From positions 3,360,001 to 3,424,000 of the forward strand of contig CAVVPN010000003.1 in assembly GCA_963750165.1 (NCBI GenBank): a stretch of DNA of 64,000 nt, read 5' to 3'. Within the stretch, counting starts at the first letter, position 1. Each line of letters opens with the position of its first letter. Positions 1 to 11,164 of this stretch are shown here, piece by piece. The DNA is from an uncultured Gemmataceae bacterium. GTDB taxonomy: Bacteria; Planctomycetota; Planctomycetia; Gemmatales; Gemmataceae. Made by a program: the position numbers and the translations under genes. Below the pieces are notes generated by a model. It had not been told where the DNA came from. It ran no database searches and was given only the letters and a program-made list of their open reading frames with translations.

Positions 1-1787
1 CGCCCCCACCCGCCCGGAACAATAGGTCTTCGGCCTTGCCCACGGAGCAACCGCGCCGTTGGCCCGACGAGGTCCGGGATGAGGAAGCCGGCGAGCGGCC
101 GCGCCGCCGCCGGCCCGTTCCCGCGTCTACAGGGAACAGTGCCTTGTGGTGGATTTTACCGACGGTCTGCGGCGTGCTGCTTCTGGTCGGCGCTTTGGCG
201 ACGGTTGTCCTCGTGGTGGTGAATCAGGCAACCAGCGAACGGCTCGATGAGCGCGAAGCACAATTATTCAAGGACCCTCAGGAACAAGAACGGGGTTTCA
301 GGGACCTTCAGGAACAAGAACGCGCCCGCATGCTTCAGGAGCAGGCACTTCAGCAGGCCAGGCAGGAGCAGGCATTTCAGCAGGCCACGCAGGGGCCGCA
401 CGTGGAAGTGCAGTTGAACATGAACGACTTCCAGCGAATGAATCCTCTGGTCGGCCAGATCGTGGAGATCCAAGGGCGAATTGACCTGCTCACCACCCAG
501 GGGAAAAAAGTACGCCTGGTTGAAGGAGAACCGGTCGCCGGCCTCGTTGCCGTGCTGGCGACCGATTTGACGCGCGACTTCATCGCGGATCGCGTGGCGG
601 CCGAGAACAAATATCGGTGCGACGAGGTCCCGCCGCACCGGCTCATCGTGCATGGGTCGGTGACGGCCGTCCACCCGCAACACTTTGTCGTGGTGCTGGC
701 GGGCGCGGAAGGCGGCGTCAAGGTCGAGCCGCTGCCGCCGGTCCGCGAGCAGTGGCACGACCAGTGGCGGCGCGGCAAGGTGTACGACCCGGTCGAAGGG
801 AGTCTGAAACTCACGTCCCAGTTGACTGGTGAAGATGACCGCCTTAAAAAGGGCCCGCACTTGCGTAAAGTATTTCTAGTCCGCCTGGAAGCGGGGCTAG
901 ATTACACGATACGGATGAACGGCCGCGATCCTGTTGGATTCGATCCGATCCTGGTACTTGAGGATGGCGCGGGCAAAAAGTTGGACAGCAACGACAACGC
1001 CCCTGGCGAGAACACGCTCGACGCGCGTATCGATTTCGCTTGCGCGAAAAGCGGCGTTTACCGAGTCATTGCCACCACCCGGGGCCCTAACTCGACGGGT
1101 GATTTTACCTTGCTCATTTCTGGAAAAGCGGGGAAGAAGGGGGCACCGAACGATGACAAGAAATCGTCGCGGCCCGACCAGTGGGAACGGGGAAAAATCT
1201 ACGAACTTGTTGGCGGCGCCCCGTTGCTCCTCACCTCCCGGTTGGGTGCGGGCGAGGAACGCGTGTTTTTGGTACGGCTGAACGCAGGCTACCATTACAC
1301 GATGCACTTGAACCGGCAATCGCCGCCACCCTTCGACCCCTTATTGCGCCTGGTCGATGCGAACAACAAAGAACTGGGCCGCGCCTCACCCATTGAGTTC
1401 CTCTGTCCGCAAGACGGCGTTTTTCAGGTTGTGGCCGCGAGCACCGGCGTGAACGGGACGGGGGATTTCACGCTGTTCATCCTCCGGAAGAAAGAAAAAA
1501 TCAAGGTCAAGGAACCCGAGGCGGACAAGCTGCCGGCGGCGGACGCTCCGCGCGTCACGGTCAAGAGCAAGAAAGCGATCTACGGCATCGCGTTGTCACC
1601 TTCGGGTTCTTTGCTCTCCTGGAACAGCGCCCGTGTGTGGAATGTGGAGATGGGCCAAACCCTGATGGTCTTCCGGTTGCCCCCCGGGGCACTCCAGGCG
1701 GTCTCTCTGTCCGGCAACGGAAGGGTGCTGGCCGTTTCTTGTCGCGATCAAACGATTCGGGTTTGGGACGTGCCGCAGGCAAAATGA
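1..1787 (+). CDS. Membrane-anchored protein, 5'-partial: TM helix, OB-fold-like segment, two PPC-like (pre-peptidase C-terminal) domains, C-terminal WD40 remnant
   Basis: Frame is open upstream of TTG 36 to the window edge. TM WWILPTVCGVLLLVGALATVVLVVV; PPC-like motifs FDPILVLED..G..LDSND..DARIDF..GVYRVIATT and FDPLLRLVD..GVFQVVAAS; C-terminal DQTIRVWDV. Confidence 0.7.
   Translation, partial: PPPARNNRSSALPTEQPRRWPDEVRDEEAGERPRRRRPVPASTGNSALWWILPTVCGVLLLVGALATVVLVVVNQATSERLDEREAQLFKDPQEQERGFRDLQEQERARMLQEQALQQARQEQAFQQATQGPHVEVQLNMNDFQRMNPLVGQIVEIQGRIDLLTTQGKKVRLVEGEPVAGLVAVLATDLTRDFIADRVAAENKYRCDEVPPHRLIVHGSVTAVHPQHFVVVLAGAEGGVKVEPLPPVREQWHDQWRRGKVYDPVEGSLKLTSQLTGEDDRLKKGPHLRKVFLVRLEAGLDYTIRMNGRDPVGFDPILVLEDGAGKKLDSNDNAPGENTLDARIDFACAKSGVYRVIATTRGPNSTGDFTLLISGKAGKKGAPNDDKKSSRPDQWERGKIYELVGGAPLLLTSRLGAGEERVFLVRLNAGYHYTMHLNRQSPPPFDPLLRLVDANNKELGRASPIEFLCPQDGVFQVVAASTGVNGTGDFTLFILRKKEKIKVKEPEADKLPAADAPRVTVKSKKAIYGIALSPSGSLLSWNSARVWNVEMGQTLMVFRLPPGALQAVSLSGNGRVLAVSCRDQTIRVWDVPQAK
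266..392 (+). repeat. Short in-frame tandem duplications in the Gln/Glu-rich linker
   Basis: TTCA(A/G)GGACC(C/T)TCAGGAACAAGAACG x2 and CAGGAGCAGGCA(C/T)TTCAGCAGGCCA x2. Confidence 0.7.
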
Positions 1788-1944
1788 TTGTCAGACCAAC
1801 CAATGATTTTGTTAAACCCGGGGAGAAAAAGGGCCCATTCAAGGTTAAAACTCCGATTGACGGGCTGCTTCGTGGAGTTCAAGGTATCTTTCGCGTGCGT
1901 CGGCGGCCGGGCCCAAGCGGACGCGATCCCGGGAGGGCGATCCG

Positions 1945-2826
1945 ATGGCGATCGAGCGGGAGGCGCTGCGCGACTGGCACCGGCTGTTCGGCCTGCTGCT
2001 GACCGACTTCTTCAGCGGCTCGCCCTTCGTGGTCGAGGTTGAGCGCGACCTGTCGGTGCAGCAGCAATTGCTCGACGTGCTGATCGTGCGCCGGGGCCGC
2101 GGGCGCTTCGCCGGCCGACTGCCCGACGGCCTGGACGGATTGCGGCTCCACAACCTGCTTACCTTCAAGTCGCACCACGAGGCGCTGGACGCCTGGGCCA
2201 TCAAGGAACTGATTCACCACTACGTGGCCTACCGCAAATTCGTCAGCCCCGCGCCGTCCGCGCTGCTGCCGGAAGACCAGTTCGGCCTGTACGCGGTGGC
2301 CGCCCGCTTCCCCCACAACCTGGCGCAACAAGTACCCTGGCAGCGGGTGCAAAGAGGCGTATATGATTGCCTGTGGGGGACGGACACGATCCGCGTGTTG
2401 GTGGCGGGCGAACTGGCGCGTGAGCCGCACAACGCCCCGCTGCACCTGTTCAGCGCCGCGCCGGAGTTGGTCGCGTTCGGCGGCGCCGCCTACCAACGGC
2501 ACTCGGAGCAGACCAGCCGGTTGCTCAATCAACTGTTCGAGAGGTTTCAAGGGGAGGGCTTCGCCGTGTCGTACACGATGGAGGATTTCAACCGGCAGTA
2601 CATCATGGAGCACTTCCAGAAGTTGACTCCGGAGGAACAAGAGAAAGTGTTGCAGGCGATGCCGCCGGAACAGCGCCTGGCGGGCCTGCCGCCGGAACAG
2701 CGCCTGGCGGGCCTGCCGCCGGAACAGCGCCTGGCGGGCCTGTCCGAGGAGCAGATCCGGCAATACCTGGAACGGTTGACACCCAAGCCTTCCGCCGCCC
2801 CGCGCAAGCCGCGGCGGAAGAAGTAA
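1945..2826 (+). CDS. Rpn-like / PD-(D/E)XK-fold protein with C-terminal PPEQRLAGL repeats
   Basis: GGGAGG before ATG 1945; WHRLF...VEVERDLS...LDVLIV...HNLLTFKS nuclease-like core; YTMEDF followed by 9-aa repeats. Confidence 0.65.
   Translation: MAIEREALRDWHRLFGLLLTDFFSGSPFVVEVERDLSVQQQLLDVLIVRRGRGRFAGRLPDGLDGLRLHNLLTFKSHHEALDAWAIKELIHHYVAYRKFVSPAPSALLPEDQFGLYAVAARFPHNLAQQVPWQRVQRGVYDCLWGTDTIRVLVAGELAREPHNAPLHLFSAAPELVAFGGAAYQRHSEQTSRLLNQLFERFQGEGFAVSYTMEDFNRQYIMEHFQKLTPEEQEKVLQAMPPEQRLAGLPPEQRLAGLPPEQRLAGLSEEQIRQYLERLTPKPSAAPRKPRRKK
2660..2740 (+). repeat. Three perfect 27-bp tandem repeats (PPEQRLAGL)
   Basis: TGCCGCCGGAACAGCGCCTGGCGGGCC x3. Confidence 0.95.
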
Positions 2827-2870
2827 CGAGCGGTCATCAGGTTGTACACGTTCGTCGAGGCGGTTGAGGC

Positions 2871-3827
2871 TTGAGCGACAACATGAAGGCGGCGCTGCGT
2901 GAAATCCAGGTCATCGACTCGCACACCGGCGGCGAGCCGACGCGCGTGGTCATCGCCGGCGGCCCCGACTTGCCGGCGCTGCCGCTGCGGGAACGGCTGG
3001 CCCTGCTCCGCACCGAACACGACACCATCCGCTCCGCCGTGGTCAACGAGCCGCGCGGCTCGGACACCGTCGTCGGTGCCCTGCTGTGTCCGCCCACCGA
3101 TCCCACCTGTGCCGCGGGCGTCATCTTCTTCAACAACGTCGGCTACCTGGGCATGTGCGGCCACGGCACCATCGGCCTGCTCGTGACCCTGGCGCACCTG
3201 GGCCGCGTCCAGCCCGGCACGCACCGCATTGAAACCCCGGTCGGCGTCGTCAGCGCCCGCCTCCACGACGCCAGCACCGTCACCGTCCGCAACGTCGCCA
3301 GCTACCGCCACGCGGCTTGGGTTGCGGTGGAGGTGCCGGGCCACGGCCGCGTGGTCGGCGATGTCGCCTGGGGCGGCAACTGGTTTTTCCTGGTCAGCGA
3401 CCACGGCCAGGAATTGACGCTGAAGAACGTGGAGCAGTTGACCGAGTTCACGTGGCGCGTCCGCCAGGCGCTGACCGCGCAGCACATCACCGGTGCAGAC
3501 GGGCAGGAGATCGACCACATCGAACTGTTCGGCCCGTCGGCGGTCGCGGACAGCCGCAATTTCGTGCTGTGTCCCGGCAAGGCGTACGACCGTTCGCCGT
3601 GCGGCACCGGCACCAGCGCCAGGCTCGCCTGCCTCGTGGCCGACGGTAAACTGCGGCCCGGCGACACGTGGCGGCAGGAGAGCATCGTCGGCAGCGTCTT
3701 CGAGGGCGGCGTCGAAATCGTCGATGGCCGCGTGTACCCGAGCATCACCGGCACCGCGTTCGTCACCGCCGAGGCCCGGCTGCTGTTCGATCCGGCCGAC
3801 CCGTTCCGTCTGGGGATTCGGGCATGA
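2871..3827 (+). CDS. 4-hydroxyproline 2-epimerase (proline racemase family); start may be ATG 2883
   Basis: [11 protein letters not shown]; both catalytic Cys motifs MCGHG and DRSPCGTGT; aliphatic [11 protein letters not shown] signature favours Hyp epimerase over Pro racemase. Confidence 0.9.
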   Translation: MSDNMKAALREIQVIDSHTGGEPTRVVIAGGPDLPALPLRERLALLRTEHDTIRSAVVNEPRGSDTVVGALLCPPTDPTCAAGVIFFNNVGYLGMCGHGTIGLLVTLAHLGRVQPGTHRIETPVGVVSARLHDASTVTVRNVASYRHAAWVAVEVPGHGRVVGDVAWGGNWFFLVSDHGQELTLKNVEQLTEFTWRVRQALTAQHITGADGQEIDHIELFGPSAVADSRNFVLCPGKAYDRSPCGTGTSARLACLVADGKLRPGDTWRQESIVGSVFEGGVEIVDGRVYPSITGTAFVTAEARLLFDPADPFRLGIRA

Positions 3828-4996
3828 GCGCCGTGCCAGACGCGGTCATCATCGGCGGTGGCATCGTCGGCGCCGCCTGCGCCCTGGAACTGGCCCGCGC
3901 CGGCCTGCGTGTGACCGTGGTCGAGGCGGGCGTCCTCGGCGGCGGCGCCACCGCGGCGGGCATGGGCCACATCGTCGTCATGGACGACTCCGAGGCGCAG
4001 TTCGCGCTGACACGCTATTCGCAACAACTGTGGGACGAGGCCGCGGCGGAGTTGCCGGCCGACGTGGAGTTTTCCCGCTGCGGCACACTCTGGGTGGCGG
4101 CGGACGCGGACGAACTGCAGGAGGTGCGGCGCAAGCAGCAGTTCTACACGGCCCGCGGTGTGGCGGTAGAGGTGCTCGATGCGCGGCAGCTGGCAGAGGC
4201 CGAACCGCAGTTGGGGCCGGGGCTGGCGGGCGGTCTGCGCGTGCCGGGTGACAGCGTGATTTACCCGCCGTGTGCCGCCCGCCATTTCCTCGACCGGGCC
4301 GCGGCGCTCGGGGCGGTGGTGCGCGAGCGGGCGCCGGTGGCCGCCGTCCGCCACGGTGCTGTGCGGTTGCGCGACGGCTCGGAACTGGCCGTGGGCCTGG
4401 TCGTGAACGCCGCCGGCACCTGGGCGCCCGAGCTGACACCCGGCGTGGAGGTTCGCAAGCGCAAGGGTCATCTCGTCATCACCGACCGCTACCCAGGCTT
4501 TGTACGCCATCAATTGGTGGAGCTGGGCTACCTGAAAAGTGCGCATGCCGTGACGGCCGATTCCGTGGCGTTCAACGTGCAGCCGCGGCCCAACGGCCAG
4601 CTGCTGATCGGCTCATCGCGGCAGTTCGGGGCGGAGGGTTCCGCGGTCGAGCCAGCCATGCTCGGCCGCATGCTCGCCCGCGCCGTGGCGTACCTGCCGG
4701 GGCTGGGCCGCTTGACGGCGCTGCGGGCCTGGACGGGCTTTCGCGCCGCCACGCCGGACAAGCTGCCGCTCATCGGCCCCTGTCCCGGCGTGGACGGCCT
4801 GTACCTGGCGACGGGGCACGAGGGGCTGGGCATCACCACGTCGCTGGGCACCGCCCGGCTGCTGGCGGACCAGATTTTGCAGCGCACGCCAGCGATTCCG
4901 TGGGAGCCGTACCGGGCCGGCCGCACGGCGGAGGCGGCCGCGCCTGAAACAGGCTCTTGTGGAAAGGACACCGGATCGGTACGTTCTCTCGGATAA
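3824..4996 (+). CDS. FAD-dependent D-amino-acid oxidoreductase (D-hydroxyproline dehydrogenase subunit-like)
   Basis: ATGA overlap with the epimerase stop; [11 protein letters not shown] motif; [14 protein letters not shown] and GHEGLGIT motifs of the DAO family. Confidence 0.88.
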   Translation: MSAVPDAVIIGGGIVGAACALELARAGLRVTVVEAGVLGGGATAAGMGHIVVMDDSEAQFALTRYSQQLWDEAAAELPADVEFSRCGTLWVAADADELQEVRRKQQFYTARGVAVEVLDARQLAEAEPQLGPGLAGGLRVPGDSVIYPPCAARHFLDRAAALGAVVRERAPVAAVRHGAVRLRDGSELAVGLVVNAAGTWAPELTPGVEVRKRKGHLVITDRYPGFVRHQLVELGYLKSAHAVTADSVAFNVQPRPNGQLLIGSSRQFGAEGSAVEPAMLGRMLARAVAYLPGLGRLTALRAWTGFRAATPDKLPLIGPCPGVDGLYLATGHEGLGITTSLGTARLLADQILQRTPAIPWEPYRAGRTAEAAAPETGSCGKDTGSVRSLG

Positions 4997-5033
4997 GATC
5001 GCCGCAGACCGTTCGAGGAGATCGTTGGGATGT

Positions 5034-5159
5034 CCGAACTCGAGCGGTTCGCAGTTGCATGGACCACGAACAGCAGGCCGGCACTGGCGAGCCGTCCTGC
5101 CAGCGGCGCGCACCGTTCCCAGGCGCCGAATCTCGGCGTGTGAAAAAGATGGCCCCCTT
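5034..5159 (+). repeat. Dispersed repeat, inverted homologue of 40985-41078
   Basis: Hand alignment: reverse complement of 5119-5159 matches 40985-41025 at 36/41; reverse complement of 5034-5079 matches 41033-41078 at 35/46. Confidence 0.85.
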
Positions 5160-5335
5160 TGCGCATCCCGCTGACGTATTACCTGGCGCTGCCGGAGATG
5201 GACCTGGGAGCGGACCGCGGCGGAGCCGGAGGACCGCTTCCAGACCCGCTGGGATGTGCTGCAGAGGGTGTTCGAGGACGCCCCGCAGAAGTTGACGCGG
5301 TGGACGCCGGTCTTCAACTCGTGCTCCTCGGTCTC
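5059..5335 (+). pseudogene. Frameshifted, internally deleted gene remnant (possibly a Gemmataceae AAA-ATPase family, from recollection)
   Basis: Protein-like pieces in different frames: SRRVKKMAP, IPLTYYLALPEMDL, EDRFQTRWDVLQRVFEDAPQKLTR. No intact ORF. Confidence 0.4.
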
Positions 5336-5340
5336 CCGCA

Positions 5341-7832
<2,492 letters not shown>

Positions 7833-7849
7833 GAGCCCCTGCAGCGGTA

Positions 7850-7869
7850 TTCGTGCGTGTACACACTAT
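7850..7869. promoter_or_regulatory. Possible MarR operator (imperfect dyad around GTGTACAC)
   Basis: TTCGTGCGTGTACACACTAT immediately upstream of the marR start. Confidence 0.3.
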
Positions 7870-8109
7870 CGGAATTGAGATGTTACGACAACTGCGGCGT
7901 GGATGCCAGTGAGAAAAGAATGAGAGTGCGCAGCGGGACGAAGGTTAAAGACTGGTCCGGTGTGAGGCTCGTGCCAACCTGTGCCACTCGGCCTGTCCCG
8001 GGGGCTGCTCGCCCAATCACACCACCGAGTACATGGATACTCTTGCCGTCAGGAACGATTCGCCCCTTCAGAGGAATCTGGCCGAGGCGCAGCCCCACCT
8101 TGATCCTTG

Positions 8110-8316
8110 GCCGGCTCTGCGTACCCGCCCCCCTCGCGTAGCTGCCGGATCTCCTCCCAGGCGCCCTGGTGAAAGCGGGCGATGAAGTCACGGATGACGG
8201 CGAGTTCCTGGGTGCTGTACCCGGCGCACAGGTCGGCCAGCGCCCGCGCGATCGACTGGAACAGCGGCCCGATTTCCCGTTCAATCCGCTCGGGAACCGG
8301 CACGACGACGACGCGC
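8110..8316 (-). pseudogene. 3' fragment of a second MarR-family gene
   Basis: RVVVVPVPERIEREIGPLF...YSTQELAVIRDFI resembles the wing and C-terminal helices of MarR; the N-terminal half is absent. Confidence 0.55.
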
Positions 8317-8480
8317 ACAACACGATCATCGCCGGCAACGCGGCCAACCCCAACAAGGGCCCCGATGTCAACGGCACGTTCACCACGCAGGGCTTCAACC
8401 TCATCGGCGTGCAGGACACCGCCACCTCCAGCTTCGCCAACGGCGTGAACCACAACGCCCAGATCCTCGGCTCCGGCGAA
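8316..8480 (+). pseudogene. Fragment of a beta-helix / choice-of-anchor-Q-like surface protein
   Basis: HNTIIAGN....GPDVNGTFTTQGFNLIG...NGVN; no start context, fused to the MarR fragment. Confidence 0.55.
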
Positions 8481-8533
8481 GCCTTCTCCAAGCGCGCTTG
8501 AAAGTAGGTGCCGCTCGCCAAAGCATTTAAGCG

Positions 8534-8598
8534 GAACAGGGGACGCGGCTCAATCATACGATTGTGAAAATCGTATGATTGAGCCGCGTCCCCTGTTC
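8534..8598. repeat. Perfect 30-bp inverted repeat (REP/MITE-like)
   Basis: GAACAGGGGACGCGGCTCAATCATACGATT-gtgaa-AATCGTATGATTGAGCCGCGTCCCCTGTTC. Confidence 0.95.
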
Positions 8599-8643
8599 GC
8601 CCTCCCGAAAGCATGGCACCCGGCATTGGCTCGTGTTCGTCGG

Positions 8644-9390
8644 TCAGTCCCACCAAACTTGTAAAATCTCACGATTGGCGTCGGGGCCGCCGAAGCAGCC
8701 GAGCATCCGACCAACCATTTCCCCCTCGATGAAGTGCATCTCGTCCGCCGCCCAGTCCTTCGTGACCTCCTGCCAGCGTTCGCGCTTCCCCGCGTCCGTC
8801 AAAATGAATAGCGTGTCCACGTTCCAGGTGCTCTCGATGTCGCGGAGCTTGATGAGGTCGGTTCGCAGCGGGGAAAGCGGCGGCCCGTGGTCGGTGGGCA
8901 AGTAAAACGCCCGGTCCATGACGGCGCCGTGCCACAGGTGACGGTGCTTCAGCAAATCGCGAATGACCACGAACGGGTCAAAGCCGTTGAAGCCGCCTTC
9001 CAGCATCAGCATGAATTGCAACTTCTCGGCGCGCGACAGGTACTGGTCCGGCTGATTCCAGAGGAACACCTGCCAGGCGTCCACGTCCTTTTCCTCGGGC
9101 AGTTCCACCGTCATGGCCTTCACCTTCGCGATCATGGAGTTCGGCGGCGCCGGGTAGGTTTCCCTCTCGCCGACATCGGACAGCATTGTTTTCATCTCGT
9201 CGATCAGGGCCAGGAAATCGCCGCTGGAGCGCAAACCGTCGGCCATGTCCAGGGCCATCTCCACCGTCAGCGCCGCCCCCATCCGTTCGTGTTCGGTCTT
9301 GACGGCCGCCAGTTCTTGCTTGAGCCGGGCGTTCTCCTCGAGCAAGCGCTGAAGCGCTTCCTGACCGCCGTGTTCGTTGTGGTCTGGCAT
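8644..9390 (-). CDS. Hypothetical protein (N-terminal coiled coil; C-terminus ending VWWD)
   Basis: GGAG upstream of ATG 9390; 248-aa ORF with normal codon usage. Confidence 0.75.
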   Translation of the reverse strand: MPDHNEHGGQEALQRLLEENARLKQELAAVKTEHERMGAALTVEMALDMADGLRSSGDFLALIDEMKTMLSDVGERETYPAPPNSMIAKVKAMTVELPEEKDVDAWQVFLWNQPDQYLSRAEKLQFMLMLEGGFNGFDPFVVIRDLLKHRHLWHGAVMDRAFYLPTDHGPPLSPLRTDLIKLRDIESTWNVDTLFILTDAGKRERWQEVTKDWAADEMHFIEGEMVGRMLGCFGGPDANREILQVWWD

Positions 9391-9546
9391 GATTCTCTCC
9401 CGTTCGAGTCCCCCTGAAGCCAGAATACCGCGTCGATCCCCATCTGGCAAAGCACCTACCCGGGCCGGGCGGCGCGTTACTCGGAAGACGTGAAACTTCC
9501 CCATTACCGTCCACGGCCGCCTGTTCGTTGTCCACCCACCCTGGAT

Positions 9547-10017
9547 TCAGGGTGTCGTTGTCGCGGCGCCGTCCTCGCGAACCTGCTGCATGATGAAGGC
9601 GACCAGAACCACCAGCCTCGACGAGGGGTTCGAGACCATCCAGCGGAAATGGCCCTCCAAGGCATTCTTGTTCTCGTAAAGGTGCTCGGTCTGGGTCGGG
9701 ATGCTTTCCCAACTTCCCCGCGAATACCAGCGCTGAATCGGATAACCAACTTCAGACAACTGGTACACTCCCAGGTCAGACGGTGGCCCGTCATGCCCCA
9801 CCCTGCGCAAGAGCAATTGGAAAGCCGGTGGAGACTCGTCCGGCCTCGGCAACGGGACCAAGTCCAAGGCGGCAGCCCCACTGGTGACGTTCGCTATCGC
9901 TTCTGCGGCCCGGGATGCGCAATCGCGCAACTCATCGGCGACTCGTGGTGCGCCAACCTTGGCCTGGGTGATGGCATCGCGAAGCAACTGTTCGTAGTCC
10001 ACTGCCGACGTAGTCAT
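9547..10017 (-). CDS. Hypothetical protein coupled to the EEP nuclease
   Basis: 156 aa; start overlaps the EEP stop by 4 nt. Confidence 0.75.
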   Translation of the reverse strand: MTTSAVDYEQLLRDAITQAKVGAPRVADELRDCASRAAEAIANVTSGAAALDLVPLPRPDESPPAFQLLLRRVGHDGPPSDLGVYQLSEVGYPIQRWYSRGSWESIPTQTEHLYENKNALEGHFRWMVSNPSSRLVVLVAFIMQQVREDGAATTTP

Positions 10018-11024
10018 TTTGCAGCCCCCGAGAGAATGACCCTTCCAACGATGGGAAGATGATCCGAGATTCCGGGTTGTTCGGCCACCTCGAACGGCCG
10101 AAGAATTCCATCCGGCGACCTCATGGCGGCTGTGACGGCCACCCGAGTGTTTGCCTCATCAAGGTAAGGGGGCGGGGCACAAAGGAGGCCGCCTGAAACG
10201 ATCAAGTGATCGAACGTGCGCCAGCCGAGATCCTTGTTGTAAAAAGTCCCCGCCAGGCCCGGACTCGGTGCCCCGCCTCCGTACGCCACCTGCTCACCGA
10301 GGTATCGCCATGCGGCATTATACAGACGCACCCGCCTCTGATTATGATCACGCCAGTGAGTTGGCTGACGTCCCGAGTCGTGGTCTCGGGCCGCCGAAAG
10401 GTTCGCCTCGAACTCGAACATGTCCGCGGTCGGCTCTTCATTCAGATCCCCGAGGATGACGGTGTGGCGATCCAAAGAAACGCGCGCCGTTTTCGGTTGC
10501 AGGAATGAATAAGTGTCATCCCGGAGGTAATCGGCCAGTTTCTGCCTCGTTGATCGGGAACGGAGCTTGCCGAACGAGGTCCAATGGCACGCCACGAACC
10601 GAATGATCTGGCCCGCCTGAGTGTACCGGATCGGGATCATCGGTCGCGTTTCTTCCGAAACGGCCAAATCCTCGAACGGCAACAGCGGGGGGTCGGTTGA
10701 GAACCCGATTCCTTTGCGGTAGATGACCGCAACCTGGAACCCGTCATCGTGCGGGTAAGTAGGGGCAACCGCAACAGCGAAGGTGGGCGACATGCGACCA
10801 GCCAACTCGGACGCCGCCTCCCGGGTCACCTCGCAGACCGCCAACAGGTCCGGGAAGCCGCCCGCGAACAATTCCTGGAGCGCCGCCAGTATGCGGTCTC
10901 GCTTGGCCTCAAAGTCCTCAGCCCGCTTCGGCCACCTGGGCTCACTCGCATGGCCCGCATCGAAATGAGCGAAATCGTGCAGGTTCCACCAACAGAACGA
11001 GATCGCGGTTTGTTGTCCGGCCAT
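10014..11024 (-). CDS. Endonuclease/exonuclease/phosphatase (EEP) family protein
   Basis: Start ATG 11024 after AAGGGGG. Motifs WWNL, PDLLAVCEV, HWTS, ILGDLNEEP, FDHLIVS, SDHLPI form a complete EEP catalytic set. Confidence 0.88.
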   Translation of the reverse strand: MAGQQTAISFCWWNLHDFAHFDAGHASEPRWPKRAEDFEAKRDRILAALQELFAGGFPDLLAVCEVTREAASELAGRMSPTFAVAVAPTYPHDDGFQVAVIYRKGIGFSTDPPLLPFEDLAVSEETRPMIPIRYTQAGQIIRFVACHWTSFGKLRSRSTRQKLADYLRDDTYSFLQPKTARVSLDRHTVILGDLNEEPTADMFEFEANLSAARDHDSGRQPTHWRDHNQRRVRLYNAAWRYLGEQVAYGGGAPSPGLAGTFYNKDLGWRTFDHLIVSGGLLCAPPPYLDEANTRVAVTAAMRSPDGILRPFEVAEQPGISDHLPIVGRVILSGAAK

Positions 11025-11164
11025 TCGGTCCCCCTTACGGAGGCCATCAACCAATGACGCCCGGGCCATACTATTGGCCCGCATCTGAACTGGCACGACA
11101 TGTTGATTTGGTGGTTCAACGGTGGCTATGTCCACAGGCCTGAGTCGCACACCTCTCGCTACCG

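Noticed and set aside
2660..2740. 27-bp repeats as CRISPR
   Set aside because: Contiguous, in frame and coding; no spacers.
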